Shown piece by piece: positions 57,481 to 64,000 of a stretch of 64,000 nt of DNA. The DNA is taken from contig NW_013657618.1 of the NCBI RefSeq assembly GCF_000142905.1, positions 124,001-188,000 of the forward strand, in the 5' to 3' direction. Each line of letters opens with the position of its first letter. Position 1 is the first letter of the stretch. Source of the stretch: Thecamonas trahens ATCC 50062. Lineage: Eukaryota > Protista > Apusomonadida. A program made the position numbers and the translations under genes. The notes below the pieces were generated by a model. The model was not told where the DNA came from and searched no databases. It worked only from the letters and a program-made list of their open reading frames with translations.

Positions 57481-58036
57481 CCATCGTGATCGACGGCAGC
57501 CGCAGCGAGCGGGGGCGTGACCGTTGGCAGTTGTCAGACGGGGGAGGTGCGTGGTGGACGTCGACGTGGCGATCAAGGAGATGGTGGACGGCTGGGTGCG
57601 GAGGGGTTGGCAGTCGGGGTAACAGGGTTGATCGGAGGTGATTGGTAAAGGGGCGGGGAAGGGGGAGGGAAGGGGAGGGGAGCGCGCGGTGGAGGTGGGA
57701 CCGAGTGGATGGCTGGGTGTAGAGGGGCTGATCAGGCCGCCAGTCACAGTTCGCAAACCACGATCCTCAACTGTTTAGCCCCAACGTACACCGATCCCCT
57801 CCCTCCCTTCCCCCCTCCCTTTCCCCCCTCTCCATCCCCTCCCCTCCCCCTTTCCCCCCCTCTCCATCCCCTGCCGCCCCAATGGAAGAAAACGAGGCGG
57901 CTGACAATTCCGACAACTTTCCATTGAGCGGCGACAGCAGCCGCCGCCGCAAAGACACAGGGACAGCACTCGACTCGGACAAAGGCGGCGAGCATAGGCA
58001 AGAGGAAGAGCAAGAGTGTGATCGGAAGTGACTACG

Positions 58037-60476
58037 ATGGGCAAGACTGGTGGTACTGGAGCTGTTGCGCGTGTGTACATTGTCAAGACACACTTCCTTG
58101 ACAAGAATGAGCGCATGGCTCTGGCACGGGCTCTGGCTCGCGGCAAGCTCGAGCTTGTCCTTGGCCGGTCGGGCAGAGTGGATGTTGTTCTTTTCCGGCT
58201 TATCTTCATTCGCCTGCAATGCTCTCATCACGTACTCGAGCCGATGATGAGCGCATTGCTTCATGTGGCCATACTATGTGGAATCTCGACCACATCGAGT
58301 ACGTGCTCGGCCTCCGTGGGGCTCGCTCGTCCCACGTCTCCGCCTGCTCTCTTCCATCTCGCTCGACAACCTCGCCGACGTCGCGCCAGAGATTAGAGAG
58401 ACCGTCGGCATGGTCAAGCGAGTGGCCGACACTGCTCGTGGCTTTGCTCCCGAGCCAGGCTGCGACTACTCGCTCGCCGACCTGTTCGACAGATTTGCTC
58501 CCGCCATTCAGAAGAGGGCCAAGTCCAGCATTGGCACCTCGCAGGCTCCGACCCGGCGGATGGACAGCACTGACAAGGTCATGGACGCGCCCGCCGACGC
58601 GCTCGTCATCCGCGACACACTGCAGATGACCAACATCAAGTCGAACAACAACAAGTTCTACATCCTCGAGCTGCTGCTCCTCGACGACGGCGCCGCTGCC
58701 GTTGTGACCAACTACGGGCGGACCGGCGCTAGCGGCGGCGGCGTCCGCAAGGAGGCCCGCCTGTACCCGACCGTCGACGCCGGCTTTCGCGGCTACGCCT
58801 CCATCTTTGTCGCCAAGGTCAGCAAGGGCTATCGGCCGGTCACCCTCGCCGCTGCCAACCTCGGGTCACCCGCCGCTGACGCTCGCGCCGAGGCCGAGGC
58901 TAGGTTGGTCGCCGCCGGTCCAGTCCGCGGCGGTGCCGCCGTCGCTCGCCCCGCCGGCGCGCTGCCCGACGCCGACTCGGCCGTCCTTGGCTTTGTCGAC
59001 GTCATCGCGCGCGAGGCCCTCGACCGTCTGTTGCAGGTCATTCCGGGCAAGATCACCGTCCGCGGTATCGAGACCCCGCTCGGCGTGCTCTCGGCCCAGC
59101 AGGTGGACGACGCTCGTGCCGCGCTCGAGGCCATCCGCGCCGCGCTCGAGGCCGACGCCAGCCACAACGAGCTCGCCACGGCCTCGTCGGCCTTCTACTC
59201 GATCGTCCCGCACGACCTTGCGCGGAGCTCGCTCCTCGAGCACATCATTGACACTCCAGCCAAGCTCCGCGCCAAGGTTGAGCTCGTCCAGCTGATGGAT
59301 GACGTGGTCAACGTCGGCGCCGGCGCAGGCAGTGGCCCCTCGGGCCCTGCCGCCCTCATCGCCGACTCGCCGCAGGTCAAGTACGCCGCCCTCGGCGCCG
59401 ACCTCCGGGCCGTGCCCGACGACTCGCCCGAGTACGTGCAGATAGCCAAACACGTCCACATCACCGACCTCAAGGACTTTGGCATTACTATCAAGGGGTT
59501 GTACGCTGTGACGAGGCCGGGCGAGCCGTCCGACGACGACCTTGCCGGTCTCGTCGGTCCACGCGGCGTCCGCAGGCTCTTCCACGGCTCGCGCGCCTCT
59601 AACTGGATGGGCCTCCTTTCGCGTGGCATCCTCCTCCCGCAGACCATTGTCTCGCGTGGCGGCCAGCGAACCGACGCCGGCGCGCTGGGCGCGGGCGTCT
59701 ACTTTGGCTCGGACGCCTCCACGGCTGCCCAGTACTGCACCCCAGTTGCAGCCGCCGGCCGCCCGCCGCGCCGCTTCATGGCCATCGCCGCCGTCGCCGT
59801 CGGCAACGCCGCTCGCCTCACAGAGCCGAATCCGCTGCTTCTCTCGCCGCCGCACGGTGCTGACTCTGTCCACGGCTCGCGCATTGACGAGCACGGCGAG
59901 CCGACGTCATTTACTGACGATGAGTTTGTCGTCTACGCTCCCGGCCGCTATGCGCTCCGTTACATTGTCGAGTTTGAGGCCAACGTCGTCGCCATGCAGA
60001 CGCTCAAGCCCTCGCCCAAAGGCTTTGTCTCGATCAAGAGCGCACCCGCACCCGCGCCCTCGCCCGCGCTCATTTCTCTGCCTGCCGACGCCCCCAGTGG
60101 CGACGCCAGCCGCGATGGGCCGCACTTTCCCCCGCGCGTCTATGCCCATGGCTCGAGGGACAGCCTCGGGTTTGAGCCGGCTATGATCCCGCGCCCGAAC
60201 GGGCTTGTCATCGGGTCGATGCCGCAGCCGCCGCCGCTCTCGCGCGACGCGCTCATTGTCTCAGAGCTTCTCCGCCGCTGTAGGCAGCTCTACCGCGGAG
60301 GCACCATCTCTCGCGAATGCTACTCTGAGTTCAAGGACGCGATCCTCTCGGATGGCCCACTCTCCCAGGTCTGGACGAGGGTGCTCACCGTCCTCGGCCC
60401 GACATCACACCCTGTGCTTGGCCTCCAGCCCGCTGTTGCCACCACCATCCTGGAGTTTGCCGTCACCGCTATGTAA
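58037..60476 (+). CDS. PARP4/vault-PARP-like poly(ADP-ribose) polymerase: putative BRCT-like N-terminus (split by frameshifts at ~58195 and ~58320), WGR, regulatory and catalytic domains
   Basis: WGR-like NNNKFYILELL..TNYGRTG and regulatory SSAFYSIVPH. Catalytic LFHGS, RTDAGALGAGVYF, QY, DSVHG and DDEFVVY give an H-Y-E triad resembling PARP4. Confidence 0.88.
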
Positions 60477-60784
60477 ACCATCGCCGTCTACTGTGTCGTG
60501 AGTGGCAAGAACTGAACGCGTGCGATGGTGTGTGCGATGGCGTGGCATGTCTCACAAAGGACACGCGACAGCGAGCGGCAGAGAGCGGCGGTTTCGCCCG
60601 ACGCTCCCGCAGGCACCACCGCACTCGGGGCGGCTGCCAACAACGCAGCGACTGGTGTGGGTGGTTTCAGGAATGTACCGACTTGTACGTTTGACAGCAT
60701 GTTGCGCATGCATAGTACTTGATGTGTGCCGAGTTTGACTCACGTGGCTTTGTGCTTTCATCTTGGCGAGGCTGCTGAGTGTAG

Positions 60785-63700
60785 GCGGCTGTCGGCCCGC
60801 AGGGTGGCGGGAAGACGGCGCTGGCTGTTCGCTGGGCGAATGGCGACTTTGTGGCGGCGAGCGAACTGGCGCCGACCATCATTTCCGAGTTTGGTCCGCG
60901 TCCGATGCTCGCGCAGCAAGGGCATGGAAGAGGGGAGCAAGGTGATAGTGATCAAGACCAGGTCGTGGTTGTCGACATCTCGGGCGATCGCGCAACATGG
61001 CGGGCGGTGTACGCCGAGTGGCTCGGCGATGAGACCATCGATGGCTTTGTTCTTGTCTTTGACGTCTCGGACGAGGCCTCGTGGCGCGCACTACCAGAGT
61101 ATTGGCATGCGGTGCTGGCTGCAGTCTCACGTGGCCATGTCCAGGCCGCGCGGAAGCTCGTTGCGCCGCAAGCTGGCCAGACCGTGCCTCGGGCTGACAA
61201 GGCCGGGCGGCAGGCGGCGGCCAAGTTGCGAAAGAAAGCTCTGGCCAAGCTCGGCAAGCAGCGCGGCGGCGGATCACTGTTCAACGATCCGACGCGCGCT
61301 GCCATTGATGACTCGCAAGCGAGCCTCGCTGCGGCTGGCCACCACTCGCTGGTGGAGGAGCTCGCGCCACCGCCGATGCTGGTGGTTGGCACGCATGCTG
61401 ATCGCCCGCAGCGGTTTGCAACCGTCGCCGACATGGCGGCCGAGGTCTGGGCCATCTTTGGCGCCCCATACATCGAGGTTTCTGCGCTCAGCGGAGCCAA
61501 CATCGATGCCGCCGTTGCCAAAGCGGTTGGTCACGTCCGGGCGCGGCATGCTGCTGCGATCCGGCTTGGCGCACCGCTGCCGGTCGAAGCAATCACTCGC
61601 TCGGGGTGGGTGCATGTTGCGCGGGCCGGGGGCCGGCGAGCCAAAGCGTACACCCAGGCCAAGGCGACCAAGGACATGACGCCGCGGTGGGTGGTGTACA
61701 CGGCGCCCGGGGTGTGGCGGATGTACGCGTCAGAGGCCGACGCCGCCGTCAACGTGAGGTCTGAGGTAGTCCTGCTGGAAGTTGCGCCGGCATCGCTACC
61801 TCTTGGCCGGCCACAGTGGGTGGCGCAGGGCGGGTTTGTGGTGGCGGGCGCCCTTGGTGCTCTCGACGTTGTTGCGCCATCAGCCGTCGACGCGGCAGCC
61901 TGGGTCGATGCGCTCAACGCAAGCGCTGGAGCTGAGGATGAGGGCCGGGTCACGTTTGATGCTGTTCAGGTTGTGAGCAGTGACGAGATGACACCTGCCA
62001 GGCAGCAGCGGCTGGATACGACGCGGGACCCGACAGTACGGCGTGCGCCGCGGATCGCGACTAGGCTCTTTCCCTCGGATGAAAGTATGTCGAGCTGCAG
62101 CGCGGAGCAGAAGCTGGCTCCTCTGGCCACGAGCGACAACGAGTCGACGAGCTCGAGTGGTGTGGGGCTTGAACCTGGTTCGTCGTTAGCTCCCAGATCT
62201 GAGAGTGAGGATCGAGCTGGGCCGGGTTCGAGTTGGCGGGTACAGCAGCAAGAGCGTAGCCAACTTCGGAGTCCGGGCCGCACTGAGCGAGAGAGGTTTG
62301 ATCAGGCTGCGCATCGCGAGCGACGAACGGCGTCGAGGGAAAGTAGCAGGAGTCGGAGTTGTGGTCGCGATCAGAGTGGAGAGTCTGGCGGTGAACGTCG
62401 AGCGTTGGACGGAGCAGGCACGACAAGGCTGCGCATCGCGAGCGACGGACGGCGTCGAGGGGAAGTAGCAGGAGTCGGAGTTGTGGTCGCGATAAGAGTG
62501 GAGAGTTTGACAATGGCCAGGGTAATGCTGAGGGAGGGAGGCACGACAAGGCTGCGCATCGCGAGCGACGAACGGCGTCGAGGGAAAGTAGCAGGAGCCG
62601 GAGTTGTGGTCGCGATCAGAGTGGAGAGTTTGACGATGGCCAGGGTAATGCTGAGGGAGGGAGGCTCGACAAGGCTGCGCATCGCGAGCGACGAACGGCG
62701 TCGAGGGAAAGTAGCAGGAGTCGGAGCCTCAGTTCCCATCAGAGCAGCGGCTTTGGTCGGAGCTGTCCGACACAAAACGATTTCGATTGTGCTGCTGTGC
62801 CGACCAGGCAGGGTCACGACCGCGTCGCAGCTCGCCGGACGGTGCGTCATGGTCCAAATCAGCACCAAAACAGCCCCCGATTCCGCGATCGCTCAGCAAC
62901 GTCGCGCGATGGACGCCCAGACCAAAGCTGGGGCCGATCTGAGCGGAAGCACGACAGCTTTGGAGGCCGCTCTGCGAGACGCTTGTCCTCACCTGTGCTG
63001 ACAGACCAAGGCAGAAGCCAAGACAGGCGTCGGGGTGAGCACGAGCGCGTCAATCGTGACAGTAGTGGATACCTCAAGTCATACACCCGCATCGCTCGCG
63101 ATGAACGCAGCCCCTACGTGGATATGGCTTGTCCCAAGCCGGACCTGGCGGTCCTTTCAACCGCAGCTGCACGCATCCTTCGATCGCGTGAGCTCGGTCA
63201 CACTGCTGCTGCAAGCCGGTCGCTCTGGAACAGCCAGGACCCGCGTCCACTCTTCCGCAAGTCCCCGATGTCGGTTCCCGACAACGGATCGAGTCGCCTC
63301 GACGGCGTTAGTCATCGACCGTCGGTTATGAGCCCGGACTTGAGCCCCATAGCACCCCGCGGGAGGCAGTCGAGCGTATCGGTGACCATGCCGCGGGTGG
63401 CCGTTGTGGAGCCGTCGGTTCTTGATCTTGATGAGCTCGCCCTCCTTGAATCTGAGGCTTTCGTCGCTCTTCCCAATGTTGATCTCGGCTCAAGCGAGAC
63501 CTCCAGCGGGCGGGCGGAGAGTGTCTGCCTTCCTAACGTGCACACATCGACGGACACCACCGGCGATGTGCTTTCTTCTGTTGATGAGGATGCGACAAGG
63601 CCTACATCTACTGGTGTCCTTGTGGGTGTAGCTGGGTCTAGTGTCACCTCCGTCGCCATGCCTGCTTTGCCTACTGCAGGGCATGCTGATGCGCCTGCGG

Positions 63701-64000
63701 ATCTCCATGCTGCGCACGGTACACCTGCATACGCCATTGCACCGACTACCGCACCTCCATTGCATGCACCTCCCGCCGCGACTGCTGCCACGCTTGCTGC
63801 GCCTGCTGCAGTGCATGCTGATGCGCCTGCAGATCTCCATGCTGCGCGCGCTACACCTGCATACGCCATTGCACCGACTGCTGCTGCTGCATTGCATGCA
63901 CCTCCCGCCGCGACTGCTGCCACGCTTGCTGCGCCTGCTGCAGTGCATGCTGATGCGCCTGCGGATCTCCATGCTGCGCGCGCTACACCTGCATCCGCCA
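60785..64000 (+). CDS. Ras-like GTPase domain + PH-like domain + long repetitive tail; frameshift at ~62412; runs off the right edge (probable first exon ~60525-60675)
   Basis: After acceptor tgtag| the frame reads AAVGPQGGGKT (P-loop), DISG, GFVLVFDVSD, LVVGTHAD and YIEVSALSGANID. PH-like RSGWV..RWVVY..AAAWVDALN follows. The shifted frame is open from ~62416 to the window end. Confidence 0.7.
62300..62730. repeat. 123-bp coding tandem repeat (~3.5 copies, Arg/Ser-rich)
   Basis: aggctgcgcatcgcgagcga starts at 62304, 62426, 62549 and 62672. Confidence 0.9.
63680..64000. repeat. 132-bp coding tandem repeat (Ala/Pro/His-rich, 44 aa)
   Basis: catgctgatgcgcctgc starts at ~63682, 63814 and 63946. 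Confidence 0.9.

Noticed and set aside
15556-60476. SPFH-repeat protein plus PARP4-like gene as a clustered vault system
   Set aside because: They are 40 kb apart among unrelated housekeeping genes. The SPFH protein looks vacuolin-like with a short coil rather than MVP, and the PARP lacks the MVP-binding half.

Overview
This is gene-dense, GC-rich eukaryotic DNA, not prokaryotic. It has few GT-AG introns, C/G homopolymer tracts at gene 5' ends, three N-gaps and several micro/minisatellites. The gene content (MLO-like, vacuolin-like, SYP7-like, CUEDC2, DOCK, PARP4-like) suggests a unicellular relative of opisthokonts; the style resembles the apusomonad Thecamonas, which is inference only. About 23 protein genes are supportable: a coiled-coil protein (off the left edge), DENN GEF, HSD17B8-like SDR, calpain, PH protein, vacuolin-like SPFH protein, DOCK GEF, CUEDC2, COX5B, MRE11, MLO-EF-hand fusion, Sec6-like protein, YHM2-like carrier, ATG12, fatty-acid hydroxylase, F-box/ankyrin protein, RAB3GAP1, HEATR1/UTP10, HeH/LEM-2TM-PPP phosphatase, Qc-SNARE, PARP4-like PARP and a Ras-like/PH protein (off the right edge). 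No tRNA, rRNA, CRISPR array or transposase was recognised. The most notable observations are: (1) a LEM/HeH + 2TM + PPP phosphatase fusion; (2) an EVH1-SH3-DOCK fusion; (3) an MLO-calmodulin-like fusion; (4) six or seven frameshifts that all lack exactly one base, most likely homopolymer sequencing errors but testable; (5) a minisatellite that amplifies an exon/splice-donor junction; (6) convergent genes whose stop codons lie only 1-31 bp apart.
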